From assembly GCA_009602735.1 (NCBI GenBank), contig WELA01001907.1, forward strand, positions 204,601 through 265,322: DNA of 60,722 nt. Reading direction: 5' to 3'. Position 1 is the first letter of the stretch. Every line of letters begins with the position of its first letter. The position numbers and the translations under genes were made by a program. Below are positions 12,399 through 26,019 of this stretch, piece after piece. Source of the stretch: Mesotaenium endlicherianum (lineage: Eukaryota). A model generated the notes under the pieces. That model was not told the origin of the DNA, searched no databases, and was given only the letters and a program-made list of their open reading frames with translations.

Positions 12399-15300
12399 GC
12401 ATAAGATGACTGCACCTGAAATGTTTTCGATGGTGGTCTTGGTTTGTCGCTTTCTGGAGACGAAGTCTCCTTCCTGGATTTGTGTGAGTTGCAGACGATG
12501 GTTGCCATCTCGAGTCTTTGAGTAGCAATGGGTGTCTTGCTTTCAGGCAATGTTTAAGTTGTTCAGAGCAGCTGGCATCATGCGCTCAAACAACGCCTTT
12601 CGGCACAACATAACTTTTAGCAGCTCTTCCAGGCTGTCCAAATTCTTCACCTGTTCAATTTCCAGCTTGATGTTGCTAGGCACCACTGGATTCTTTCCCA
12701 AACAAGATTTGGAATAGCGAGTAATTTGCCAAGGCAACCTGCTTGCTGAACGATTACCAATCATGACAGGGCCAGTTCCCAGTCTTGTTTATCATGCTCC
12801 AAGCAATACTTAATGCTTTACACTATTCTTTTTGCCAGACTATCTCCTTGCGAATGGTCTCTAGAAGTGGTGCGATGATCAATGAAACATCTTTTCAAGA
12901 GTTTTAATTAAATCCTTGAAACTCAGATCCTTAGTCTGTCAGCACTTCTGCTGGAGCTCTATGGCGCACAATACATTGTTGAGAAGTGCTTCTGCACTTC
13001 CCAGACTTGTTTTTCCAGTAAGAGGAATATGCTCTATCCACCTAGAGAAATTCTTAATCATAACCATAATGTACTTATTGCCTTGCTTGGATAGCGGTAG
13101 CTCATCTGCAAGATCGCAACTCCAGCAGTAGCCTAGGCCCATAATTGGCAGAGGTTGCAAATGCGAGTGCTGTTGTGTTAAACCAACCTTGACGCGGTCA
13201 CAGCTTTGGCAGGCTTTGACCACGTCATTGCACTGCTGCTTCATGCCCCTCCACCAAAAAAACAGCTCTAAAAGAATGTAAGTCTTTTTGACACCATAGA
13301 CTCCTGTGTTTTCGTGCATTTCCTGCACTAGAGTTTGTCTCGATTGGGTTGTGGCACCAAATTTTCTTCGCCATTGTCCTCAATTTTGAACAGGTTGTTG
13401 CGTTTCCAGCAAAACCTTTTAGCGCAATGGTTCACTTGGTCTCTCTCTTTTGAAGTAATCCTTCCAATTGGACTTTTGTTTTCAACCAGTGCATTGTGGC
13501 TTCATCCTTCCAAATCTCTGAATTGAACAAAGGTATCTGGCTCTGCCATGCCAGCCGTTTTGACCAGACAGGCTGCCAACTCTACTGGACTGCTCGCATC
13601 TTCATCTTCACGAACACCTGCTTGGTCGTCAGAGGATGGATTCCTGCTAGGTCCATCGGCGTCGTTTTTCAGTACACCTGCTCGGTGCACCACTGTTATC
13701 TGATACTCCTGTAGCTTGAGTGCCCAGCGAGAGAGGTCTCCATACTTCATCAGCCATATTCATGACAAGTAATTTGTGATCAACGTGCAGGGTTTTCCCA
13801 AAGATTACTCTCTGGAGTGTGCAACGGCGCAGACCACTGCTAGTAGCTCTCTTTCGTAAGATGAATAATTGCTTTCTGCTCTGTTGTTAGAGCGTGAAGC
13901 ATAGGCAATCACGTACTCCTCCCAAGGGTTTTTAGCGTGAATGAGAACTGATCCAATCCCCACCCGACTCCAATCGGTGTGCACGTTAAAAGGCTTGGAA
14001 TGATTCAGAGTCCGTAGGATTGGGCATGTTACTAGCCTTTCCTTCAACTCGTTCATGGCTTTCTCCGGGGGGTCTGTCCACACAAAAAGCACGTTCGTTT
14101 CAGGAATTCTGTGAAGGATTTAGCAATTTTGCTATAATCTTCCACACGTTTACGATAGTATATGCTTAGCCCTAGCAGAGCTCTTAGCTTATACACATTC
14201 GCTGGTGCAAGAATTTTGTAGATAGCCTCAATCTTTACCGGCTGAGGTGACATAGCATTGTTTCCAATCTCATGTCTAGGTAAAGCACGCGTGCACTTTT
14301 CAAGATGCAGTGTCATTTGGAATTTCTCTGGACGCAGAAACACTTGTTCCAAGTGCTCAAGATGCTGCTTGACTAATTAACTTACTAAACACCACATCAT
14401 CATCAATGTAAAGTTTTGCAAAGCACATTCCTGTAGTACCTTGTCCATACTTCTTTGAAAAATGGCAGAGGTGTATTCATTCGAAAGACATCACTGCCGT
14501 AATCTCTTTAAGCCCAGAAAACAGTCTGCCCTTGATCTTCGATTTTCATAGAGATCTGGTTGAAGCGTTGCTGCGGATCAATTTGCTGAACACCTTCCCA
14601 GTGGTGGCCAATAGAGAAGATTTGCTATGGCGTGGGCATTTCGTACCTGTCTGGGTCAGTGTGGGGAATTAATCTTCTCTAATCATCACACATACGAGTG
14701 GCACCATAGTTGCCAGCTTCGTCCTTTTTAGCGACTACTACTGCTGGAATCCCATATACTGAGGTCAATTTTCCAATCATGCCAAGCTTAGCAGCTCGTG
14801 GCAAATTTTCTCCCAATCTGTCTGACTGAGCTTATGCGGCCCAAGTCTAACAAATTTGTCAGTGATTAGCGTGACTTCACACACGCTTGAAGAGGTTTCG
14901 CCAATTTTTTCCTTTGTAAAAGTGAACACCTTGCGGTGCTTAGTCAACAATCTTTCTACTTGTGCTCTTTCCTAGGCAAACACCATTTTTCCAATGGCAA
15001 ACATCTTTGCTTCAAGTTGCTTCATCTCCAGCAAAGGCATCAAATAATTGCTACTCTTTGGATTCTAGTTGAGGATTTGCATCCTCCACCTTATCCTTTG
15101 GTTTTTGAACCTGACTCTTTGGTGTTGGAGTGGCAGGATTTACAGCTTGCTCCTCTAGAGGCTGGAACTTAGGCTCTTCAACCTTTCCCTTCAGCGACAT
15201 GCGCTTACCTGGGGGTCGGCGCCTCTTCTTGCCGTGCTGCTGAGTGTAACTTAAACGTTTCTTGGCTGGCTATCTTTGACGTAGGTGCTCGTCTTCAGCG

Positions 15301-16093
15301 GTCCAGCTAGTGCCAACCACCCCACCTTGTTCAAGCGTGGGGTGAATTGTGCCAATTAGCCATCCTGCAGCGTCGTCGTTAGCTGGTCTGGGACCCACGG
15401 TCCATCTCCACTGCTGCTCAATAGCTCTCAAAGGGGCAACTGTAACTCCAAGGGCTTCGTCCAATGGCGGCATAAATGTGCAATACCCGGCGGGGTAGTG
15501 CTGCTGCCGCAGCTCCACTAGCTGGTCGCAGACTGTGTTTGCCTTAGTCTTGAGTTCGCTTGTCCTTCTCATGGTGCTGAGCTCCCTCTACACCACTTTT
15601 GAAGCTGCGGGTGCTGGTGCTGTCCTTCCCTCCTTTTCAGAGGTTGACGGCTGCACCATAGGTATGTGGAGATTCATTTTTGCGGCCTTGCGTAGTAAAC
15701 TTGCTTCGCCTTCCTTCTCCAAGACATCGTGGATGAACTTGAGTGGTGGGCCCACTGTTTCTTTCGGCACGCCAGCTCTATGAAATTCACCACTATATTT
15801 TTGATAACGTTCAAGCTGGCGCCCGTAAACAACGTTTTTCTCACGTGCTACATTCTTAGGCTTCTTTGCAAAAGCCCTTGGTCTCCTCCTATACTAGTTC
15901 CTTCTTTGCAGTGCATACCGTCAACTTCGGTGGTTGTCACAGCTGGTCTTCAGTGGGGGGTCTCATTGCAACGTTTTGGGTTGTGAATAATTCCAAGTTA
16001 CCACATAGGTTGTCTGGGAGTTGCCCCTCCACACTTTAGTGGTCAGACAACCACCCTTCCACCCTATCCTCTGCCTCCTCAGCGTATGATAGC

Positions 16094-16837
16094 TGTAAGG
16101 TCATAGGTTTATAAAGTGCATTTTTGAGTTTCATGAAAGTGTGTTTTGTTTGTATAATAGTATAGAGTGCATTTTTGTGGTCATTTTGATATAAAGTTCA
16201 TCGAATTTGGTCAAGTATTGAGAGAGTTATGGATTTCCGAAGTTTAATTAGTTTTGAGGTCGGTTGACGACTGTCCTTAATTCGCGGTGAGCGCGACCGT
16301 CGGATTGACCGACAGCGTCGAGCGATCTGGCCCGTTAGAATGAACTCGAACCTTCACGTAAGTTCGGCTGACGCGGAGTGCCGACTAGGTCGATTTACCT
16401 AGAAGTTTCGGTTTAGCCTAGCGCGTCTAACATAGAATATTCTAGTAATGTCGATGCATGTATGTGGACGTCAATTCGGCCCGACACGTCAGATTAGACT
16501 GATCTGGCTCACTCACGAATATTCCGGAAGGGACGATTTGACGAACACTTAGGAAAATCCGTAGCTTCCTCCTAGAGAGGAGCACTTAGGCAAAACATTA
16601 TAAATAGGCATTACTTCTTTGTTTCTTATCAGTTTTCACTTTTGTAAATTTCTACGGGTTTGTAATGACAAGGCCTTTCATCCTACATCATTTGTGAGTA
16701 GTTTCTTGATACTCAAATTGTTGAGTAATTTTCCTAAGTTTTCTTAGTGATATGCCGCTGCACTCTTTAGTATGATTGCAACTAGTTCCTTTCCTCGTGA
16801 GTTACTACGCTTCCACTAAGGCACTCTGCCCCTTTCG
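16094..16837 (+). repeat. Solo LTR (family A-like) inserted in element C
   Basis: Starts TGTAAGG, ends CCCCTTTCG (CA mutated), perfect TSD ATAGC at 16089-16093 and 16838-16842. TATA-like TATAAAT at ~16599. Confidence 0.85.
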
Positions 16838-17329
16838 ATAGCGCAGGCATTTCCATTTCTGGAAGCTCTGACATTACTTCCTCTGGTTGAGCAGGTTCCT
16901 CCGCTCCTAGAAGGAGGTGGCTCACCCTCCTTCTTGGAGATTACCATATTGATAATAGCAAATTGCAGCGATTGGGCTGCTTGTGCTGCTTTCTCTCTTC
17001 GACATTTTGTCGAGTCTACCTCCACCAATTGGTCCATCATCTGCCTGGTGATCTTACCTGCCATCAGGCAGATTGTACTCAGCAAACACTCCTCCTTGGT
17101 CAAAGCTTGGCCAGATATGTGCAGTGTTGTGGCCGACCACTTCTTCCCCTCCTCCTTCCATAAATATTTCCAAGAAGATGGCCCTCCTGAATTCACTTGA
17201 TGACGAGAAGGTAGACTTCGCTGACACTTGGTTCTTTTTTAAGCCCATTTGCAAAGGTTACACTGGCGCTCCTTGGAATCGTCTTTAGGGCTTTCCTAGC
17301 CCGAAGTCGCGTTTGACCATTCTAGAGGT

Positions 17330-18043
17330 TGTAATGAATCAATATGTTGGTTAGATGAAATATTCATTTATATGTGTTAGTAATTAAGTTCACTTTACTG
17401 TATTGGAGTAATTTCAAGTCCGCTAGATTCATAATATTTAGTTTAATGACTCAGCCGGGAACAGCAGGCTGCAGTTAAATTAGGTCAGCCTGCTGACACA
17501 TTCTTTGATAGTCAGCTGACTGCCGGGTTTGGTAGCCGTGAACTGCCTAGTTATGAATATAAGTGTGGTGTGCTAGATTAGTGGCCAGATGACACCCTTA
17601 AGATGGATGGCGATTTGGGATGATGGGAGATGGCTGTGGATTTGGTCAGCCGAGGTCCTACCAACGTGGTTAACTCCCGGGTAGGCGATGCCATTGCACT
17701 TGTCGTTGAACAGTAAACTCATTCCATGTACATATGCTAGGTGTTGCTCTCGAGTTCGGCATTCGAAAACGAGGCCAACTCTCTTGTACAGCTTACTGAG
17801 AGAGATCCGAATCCAAGGCGAGAAGCCATTAATACGCACTGTCTTCTAACCTTGCTTATGTATGAGTTTACTGATTGCATGATTGATGCTAGTTTATTTG
17901 CATTTGACTTGAGAGTATTACCCCTTGCTAGCGTGTTGTCTTTTGATGTTAAATTTGTATACAAAAAATACCATAAAGATTGCTTGCTGATATAAAGATC
18001 TTTAATTATTTCTAATCGCCTATTGGTAAATTGATTCATTTCA
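17330..18043 (+). repeat. Solo LTR of family B
   Basis: Reverse complement of 1695-2416 (TGTAATGAATC...GATTCATTTCA). Flanks GAGGT / AAGGT form a TSD with one mismatch. Confidence 0.9.
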
Positions 18044-18407
18044 AAGGTGGTGGAGTATATGCTAGATTAGTATTCCAGCTCGTGGTGTCGGCTTTAAGTG
18101 CCTGCTCCCATCATCTGTGACCATTCCCCACTTCTATGGAGCTTGTATGAGAGGTGGATTCGTGCTGTGGATTTTCCCTTTCGAAGGGCATGGTCCTGAC
18201 AGGTGTGTCTTGATTGTTAGGCAATGTCTGATGCCGTGCCGGCGTCTCTTTACCCCTGGTTGAAAATCTCTTCTCAAGGTCAAGAGTGGTCTCCCTTCTC
18301 AAAGGTGGTGTAGGCCTTCAATTAAACTCATATTTCCGCAGCGCGGTGATTTTCCTTTCCAAGGTCGTTTCATGCTCAGATGCAATTTCTGGGTCTTGCA
18401 TGGACTC

Positions 18408-19054
18408 TGTTATGACTTAGTTTATTGGTAGATATAACTTATAATATTCATTTTAAAATAATAGTCAAGTCCAGCTTATTGAATTTTAGTTAATATTAAG
18501 TCTACTGGAGTTTCACTTAATTTCAGTATAATGACTTTGCCAAGGGCAGCGAGCTGAAGTCAACTGAAGTCAGCTTGCTAGCAAATTCTTTGATAACCAG
18601 CTGATTGCCTTAAGCGGTACTAGCAAAGCGCCGAGTACAGCACCTAAGTGTAATATGTTAGATGAATAGCCAAATGATGCCTTAGACGGATGGCAATTCA
18701 GAATGATGGGAGATGGCAGTGGATTTGGTTAGCCGAGGTCCTACCAACGTGGTTAACTCTCGGGTAGGCGGTGCCATCGCATTTGTTGTTGAACAGTGAA
18801 ACTCATTCCATGTACATATGCTAGGTATTGCTCTGGGTTTGACATTCGAAAAGAAACCCAACTCTTTGTACAGACTACTGAGAGAATATCTGAATCCAAG
18901 GCTGCAGGTCGTTACACGAACAGCTTACAAATCTTGCTTATATATGAATTACTGATGCTCGTGACTTGCATTTGATTTGTGAGGTTTGCTTGACGCTAAT
19001 TGTGTGGTCTTTTGCTATTTAATGAGTTAACAAATAATTACCCTGAAGATTACA
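18408..19054 (+). repeat. Older, truncated family-B-related LTR
   Basis: Shares the core GCCGAGGTCCTACCAACGTGGTTAACTC..GGGTAGGCG with the other B LTRs. The 3' end is diverged or missing. Confidence 0.75.
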
Positions 19055-20928
19055 GGCCTCAATCTCCAATTCGCTTGGAAATTCTTGTTTCCCTGAACCA
19101 ATTCAACTCAAGTTTTCAGAAGTAAAACAGAAGCGTTTGACTTCCAAATAGGCTTCCGCCTAAATTGAAAGGCCTAAAAGTATACAAGATTTGGTCTGCA
19201 AAAAATATGTCTAAACAAGTCAACAAGCAACGCCAAGTTTCAAAAAATATGGCCCACTCGGGCTTTTGCTTAACTTTCACGAAGTCACAGCTTACAAAAC
19301 TTTGAAAATGCAGCGTCTATGCAGACCTGGCCTGAGTCTTTTGCTCACAGCCACGCCTAGCTGTTCTTTACTGCTGGCTAAGCTCACTCATTTCCTCACT
19401 GAGGCGATTCTTGAAAACTCCGCTCTTACCTTCAGCAACTCGACATTTGAGAATTCTGAGAAATTGGACACCAACACGACACTCACCATTTGTATGCTCT
19501 TCACACGCTTGTGGTGGTTGGTCTGAAGTGCTAAGATCGCCTATCAGATCCTATCTGCAAGCTCTCTACGATTTCAAGTGGAACTCCCTTCTTGGGAACT
19601 CTTGAATCCTTACTTTTCTATAATACAAAGAGGAAGGATCTCTAAGGTCGACAGAAGCGTGCCTTCTCCGGTTCCAATTGTGGCTTTGGAACTGCTTCTC
19701 CTTTGCGCTCTCTTCTTCTCCTTCTCTCTCATTCGCCCTTCTTTTTGCTCCTTGGCCAAATGTGCGAGGCAAGAATGAGGCAAACTGTGCGTGCTTGGGC
19801 CTACCTCAGGCACCACACAAGCACCCCTCTTTCGAGGGTGTCGGACTTAATCATCGGCTTAGCTTGCATGCAGTTCTTGCTGCCGTTGCTCGTAACAGCT
19901 TAAGTTATTTGATGTCACTTAGAAGTTAGCATGCATGCATGCCTTGTGATCGTTGAGCGTGACGACTTTGCTTTTCGATCAACATGCACGCCTACGTGGC
20001 CGCTGAGCCTATGTCTCCTGAGGTGGCAGATTCGTCGTGTTAGCGCCATTCGAAGTCCAAGGATGAGGTGGTTTGCCATCTTAACACAGCCTAACTTGGC
20101 GATTGCCAAGCTGGCTGCTTTGTCAGCTTTGCCTTACTTGGCAGCTGTTGGCGTGGACCATTTACATGTCCTAGTGGGATCAACCTTCTCAGCTGACTTC
20201 AATTATCAATCCCCACCCATCGCTGAGTGTCGATTTTGACTCGTTCCAGTCACCTTCACATGTAACCTTGACTTTGCTTTCAACGTCGACTATGCTCATA
20301 TCAGTGGTTTGGTCGGTGGATCAACGTTGACCTTCCGTACCTGGTGCGGCCGTGACTTGCGCCACGCGTGCTGCGTCGTCCAACTGATAAGAAGTCGCGA
20401 CAGTTTCTATACTATTAGAGGTTTGGGAGCTAACTCAGAACTCTGTACCTGTCGGCCAGCTTGCCCCGAGAGGTTGACCTCCTTGGACGTGCTACTCGCC
20501 CATTCTTGGACCCAACTTGACCCTCGAGTACGTCAATGTCTGACTATTTTCGCAGAAGTGGGCAGATGTCACTAAAAGTGGGTGACTGGGTTAAACCAGT
20601 TAATAATACCAGTCAAAACGACCCCCAATTTGCCCCAAATTGCCATCTTTCGCAGGCTGTGCCGTATATACTGGTATATACTGCTATATATGGCAGTAAT
20701 TTATAAGTTGGAAGGCTGGTAAAGCAGACGACGTTTTTCGCCCCGCCAATAACGCCGGAGGCAAGATCAAGTTTTCTCTGAAGCTGACGTGTTATTCGGG
20801 GCAACGGAGAACTGATCCAAAGTCGGTCTTTGGTTACGGACTTGGTCAGTTCCCTTCGATCACTTTTTATTTCTCGAGGATACATCTCCGTTAGAGTGGT
20901 GTAGCAATATTTCAACACACTTGAACAC

Positions 20929-22487
20929 ATGGCTTCCGTGTCTTCTTTAACGTGTGTCGCCGGAGTTGGATCCTTGCTCGATTCTTCTCCAGGCCGAGGA
21001 GGTAAGGCAGGCTAACATTGACTTCTCTCTGCTTATTGGAGATATAAGTTGGCAGTATTCATGAACAAAATAAATGTGAACATTTTGGTTGGTTTTGCAG
21101 GCCATAAGAGCAGGCATGCCAGTTGCTCGCCAGGGAGGATTAGCTATAACGGCTTGTGTATCACCCGGCCCGTGTCTTCTTCACATGCAAGCCAAGAGAC
21201 ACTAGCAAGTGTTGTGAGCAGTGCATTAGCCATAAAAAGATCTTCTTCGCAACGTGCTGTTGCTCGTGCAGAGTACAGGTAATGGGAAAAGGATCTTATT
21301 TTCATTCTCTGTCAATAATTATTGACATGATTACCTCGAAAATGGCTGGCTTGGCCTCTGATGGTGAATTACGTTTGCTTATTGTTACCAGGAGGGAAGG
21401 CGGGGGAGGCTCTGATTTTATCTCTGGTTTTTTTCTTGGAGGCCTTGTCTTCGGCACTCTCGGATTTGTCTTCGCACCTCAGGTGAGCTTCCAGTGGTCC
21501 TTCATACATAATTTTTTTTTATTATAATTCGAATGCAGAGCTGGTCGATGACATTGAAGTTGTTGTTTTAGTGATGAAAGGAGTGATTTTCGGTGGCTGA
21601 ACACGTGATTGTTCCACCTCAGTCTGTCCTCTTTGACCTGGAAGATTGCTCCGTTCCTGACTAGCTGGTTTGCGGATTTTAGTCTCTTTTGTTTCAAAAA
21701 TGCCATGATACAGTCTGCTGGTCAGCCAAAGAAAACTCAGTGTCTGGGGGGCTGTTTCTATATGTGGTATGCCTCAGCTCTCAAGGGTCCTTCTAGGGGA
21801 GAATCCAGATGGCACCCCTAGGCGTTTACCAAGGTGGATGGATGACGACGACAGTCTTGAGGTGAGACTTTAGCAGTAACATGAGATGGCATCTTGCAAC
21901 GTAGGGGGCTTCACTTTTTCTTCATTTTTTAATACGTTACTGGCCCATGCTGCTTTTGAGCTTCAAAAAGGGCAGTAAGGAGATCGTCGTGTCACTAATC
22001 ACCCGATCCTTCTTGCATGCTAGATTCTTAGCTTTTTTCTGTTGTATAGACTTAAGAATTAGCAGTGTCGACACTAGGCCCCAACTTCATGTCTAGAAGT
22101 TTGGCTTTCCCAAGGCCATGTAGTACAGTACCTCTGCATCACAATTTCTATTTTGCTGCATTGTTTCATCACAAAGGTACTTGTTTTTTTAACAGAGACT
22201 TCGCTGTTATTTTAGTCTTGAGGAATGGATGTGGTGGGTCATTTTTGAGCCTGGGTAATTGCGCTGGTAGTTACAAAAATTGGTAAAAGGTTCTACTAAA
22301 TCCCCCTTTCTGTGTGTAGTTCCTCCATCTGAAGATTTCTATTCAATGCTTTGGGCAGGCAACAAGGAGAAAAATGAACGAGAAAATAGCAGAGCTGAAC
22401 CTTGCAATTGACAGCACTTCAGCGCAGCTTCGTGCCGATGATATTCGCCAAGCTGGGCTGGAACCATTACCAGAGTCTGCTGTTTGA
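20929..22487 (+). CDS. Plastid inner-envelope membrane protein, At1g42960-like (5 exons)
   Basis: GT-AG exons 20929-21001, 21101-21278, 21392-21482, 21778-21861, 22359-22487. They give a Ser-rich transit peptide, the TM segment DFISGFFLGGLVFGTLGFVFAPQLS and the coiled coil LEATRRKMNEKIAELNLAID. Confidence 0.82.
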
Positions 22488-23387
22488 GAACCTGGGATTG
22501 AGCATTGTGTCTTAATTCGTACCAGAAACAAGCGCTGATTGCTTGTTTCTGATATGTCCCGAGTGTAGGCCATATGCAGCAATGGCTCTTGTCAGAGTTG
22601 GGGTAGCTCTTATGTCCCTTGACAGCATTTATCATCACATTCAGATATATGTATTGTCACTCCTTGAGTTTGAGCTAGAATTTGCTACACCCTTGAGGTG
22701 TTCAAAAAGAAGATATTGGTATCCTTCTATATAGCACTGGATGACAAGGGATTATGCGGAAGCCAATTTTGTTTAGCACGGTAGATAACCATGTGCAACT
22801 CAGATCATAATGAGAAGCAGGAGAAGATTGGCTGGCCTGGCTGGCAGGCATGTACTGTTTTGACTTGGCATCATTTTACCTGCTTGTGGATTTGGGAGGA
22901 GTTCATTATTTGGCACCCATATTAGTACGGGTGTTGAAGTAATGCTTGGTACATAAATTTGGAGTCTCTACTGCAAGAACAATAGGTGAATGTGAACATT
23001 TTCACTTGTTCTCTTTATCGATTTTGGGTGTGGTGGTAATGATTTGAAGAAGGTGAAGAAATACCTTCGGGGTACTGTTAGTGCCAATGTGATTGGAGTA
23101 GGAGGTAAGCTGGACATTGTACTTCCATCACTCTCAGTGGTTTGTCCCCTTCCAGGGTTAACTGCATATTTCTATTTCAAGCATCCTCATTTCTAGTAAA
23201 AGAATATTTGTAGTCACATATACTTGCAGTATTTTATAGTTATTATCCTTTATGTACAGAAGCTTCTGCAGCTAAAAATCTGAAATATGTTTACTTCACT
23301 ATGGCATAATACTAAGTAAGAATAACATACATATTGCAACCCCCCCCCTTTAAGGCCATGCAGACATTATCCCAGAGACCAATGACT

Positions 23388-24605
23388 TCAACCTGGAATA
23401 TAAAAGTCCATCTTGTCGATGGGTAGATTTAAGATGTCTGTATCCACCTGAGCCAATGAAATAGTGTCATAGAATAGTCAGCTTCTTTCATCGACAGAAA
23501 CATTTTGTGCAAAAAGTGGTATGAAAATGCAGTAAATATTCAAGAACGCATGCGTATTGACCACCATACCTCTTCAAAAGGCACAAAGACAAATGGGGCC
23601 ATGCCACGTCGATGTGACACTGCGGGCACATCAGGGTTGTGTGTCTCGCTGTCATCCCAGCCCTCCACCATATTTAGCACATCCTCAGAATCGCCCGGAA
23701 CCTGCAATGTAAGAGGACAAGGCTCGTCAAATATTGAACACTGCCATATCAAAGCTATTAGCGATGTGCCATGACATGCAAAGATCAGAAGGATACCAAA
23801 GCAACAGCATGCCGTACCTCAGTGTCACTCATGCCGGAGGTGACAAGTGACAGCAGGTCAAGGCGATTATTAGCACCCTCACACGTCCCTCTCACCCTGT
23901 AAGACCACAGAACACCTCAACCCTCAAATTTCAGCTCCTTGGCAAAGCGCCAACACGTCTTGCCCGGTTTTTGTTTTTTTTTTTGTTTGAGCGGGGGCTG
24001 TACCTGAGTCGTATGCGCAGCACCGTGGGCCGCAGCCCTGGGTACAGCAGAGCTGCCTCCACCTGCCCTCAACCCCACATCCCCACCAAGTGTCAGCATG
24101 TAAATGAGTACCTGTAGCAATGTTTGCCCCTTGTACAAGTGCACGTGTCTCAAACAAAAGTCTTGTGCTTCTTTCCAGGTTCACAACATGAGGCGTACAA
24201 GCGAGGATGCTATCTGGTCAGGCCGGATGAGGGCAGGTACAGCAACTGACCATGTTGAACTCGAAGCTGGCCCTTCCCACAAGCACCCCGTCGGCTTTGG
24301 AGGGCTTGCTCATCATGGACTTGGCAACATCTTTCACCACCTGTGGTGACGTCTGCAGAACTCACACGGCACCTTCCATCAGGGACCCAGCCGCTAGCTA
24401 GAGACTAGCTGCTGGTGCCAGAGGCCTGCATAGGCACCTACTCCATGCACAAAGTTGCAGAGGCACTCTGGACGCAGGGAGAAGTGGCCATACCTTATAG
24501 TACAGCTTGCCACTGGGCAGAAAGCGCAAGTAGCGATAGTAGCACACCTGGGAAGAGCCAAAGGCACCACCGACAATTTCACCTGATATCAGAACTTGTC
24601 TGTTG

Positions 24606-24640
<35 letters not shown>

Positions 24641-25818
24641 AGCAGGCAAATGCATACACACACAGCGAGCAAGATACTGCTTGACATGTTTGTGCGTGCG
24701 CGGGTGCCGGAGAGGGCCATAAATTTGAGGAGCATACGAGGAGCGTGCCTGATGGACGGGGTTCCTGAAATTCCACTCCACAATGCCACACCGGATGTAC
24801 GTGTTGCGGCTCACGTACACGCCTGCCCACACGCACACGCCAGCTCGCCTTGCTGCATCCCTGTATCAGCTTGCTGTCTTGCTAATTGACATTGAGGTGC
24901 TCCACATATTCATTGCTAGAACTATACTGATCACCTTCAGATCGCAATCTGGGCCGCTGGCGCCACATCCGCCGCCATGATCCCCCGTACAGTTGGTGCA
25001 CCACCTTGGCATTGTCAATCGGCCCACACACCTGCAGGCATCATCGCCAACGTCAAGATTCGTCGCCGTCCCCACACTACACATGCACAAGTAATTCTCC
25101 CTCCACACGGGTGGTGCCCCGGCATGGTGTGCACAAGTGTGGAACGTACTTGCCAAGCCTTGAGGCATGCGGAGCGCCAGAGGGCGGGAGAGCGTGCCGC
25201 GTACTTCCACTTGCGGCAGACACAGCTGGCCCTCCCCAAGGTGTAGGCACTCATCCTCGCCAAAATCTGCACACCCACGTCACAGGGCTTTGGAACATGT
25301 GGAAGCTGCCATGGCTTTGCGCCCGAACAGACAGGCAGAGGCAGGGGTGAGGTGCATGGGAGCAGGGAGAGCATAAGCGCAGGCGGAGGAGATGCAGACC
25401 TCATGAAGAAGGTCGTCGGGAAGCTTCCGGTGGAGGAGGGAGGAGTCGGCCACGGGCGTGCTGCTGCTGCTGCCCACCGGCGCCACCGCCCTCACCCTCC
25501 TCCCATACAGACCTGCTCCCACTTGCGCTGCGTTACTTGCAACTCACAGATAGTTCTCTGTAGCTGACATCGCAGTCCATAGACATGTCAAAGTTATTGC
25601 TCTGGGAAGGCAATGAAGAGACAGAGACCTAGTTTCTCTCGCAGGCAAATATAAGTAGGGGTGCCAAAGCACCTCAAATTATACTCCTCTCCTGACTGTA
25701 GACGGGAAGAAACAAAGTTTGTGTACAGGGACTACTCACTAAGCCAGGGCCGATCAGCTTGAAGCACCTCGGGTTCCCACCTGCAACTGTGTGTCGCTTC
25801 TGTCACTATTGCTGCCAT
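23388..25818 (-). CDS. FBP7: F-box protein 7 / FBXO9-like SCF substrate adaptor (multi-exon)
   Basis: Spliced [108 protein letters not shown]. The ATG at 25818 is in frame. Confidence 0.88.
24607..24638. repeat. (GT)n microsatellite in an F-box intron
   Basis: Direct read. Confidence 0.95.
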
Positions 25819-26019
25819 CTGCTTTCACCACCAAGCTCAATTGCACTCAGACAAACAGAACTCCAGATGTTTGTATACGGACACAGTTAGACCCAAAAAT
25901 GTTCACCCCATATTCATTGTTTGCTGTCTCCAACCACATTATAAAACGATGACGAGTTTCAATCACGACATAAATATGTTAAGTGGAGATTTGAAGCACA
26001 CACCAGATTGTGAAGTCTT

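Larger units (their letters stand above)
12075..18400 (-). mobile_element. Degenerate non-chromodomain Ty3/gypsy element (family C): gag-like region, RT, RNase H, integrase, PHD finger
   Basis: RT remnant KKDEAGNYGATRMC ~14690-14745; RNase H VHTDWSRVGIG...IAYASRSNNRAESNYSSYE (13805-14092); RWALKLQEY..VVHRAG; integrase H..G..WWRGM..CQSC...LQPLPI (12939-13328). Many stops and frameshifts; boundaries approximate. Confidence 0.8.

Noticed and set aside
19055..20575. Possible 5' LTR of element C pairing with 10788-11952
   Set aside because: Both look like non-coding TE sequence, but I found no alignable similarity, PBS or TSD.
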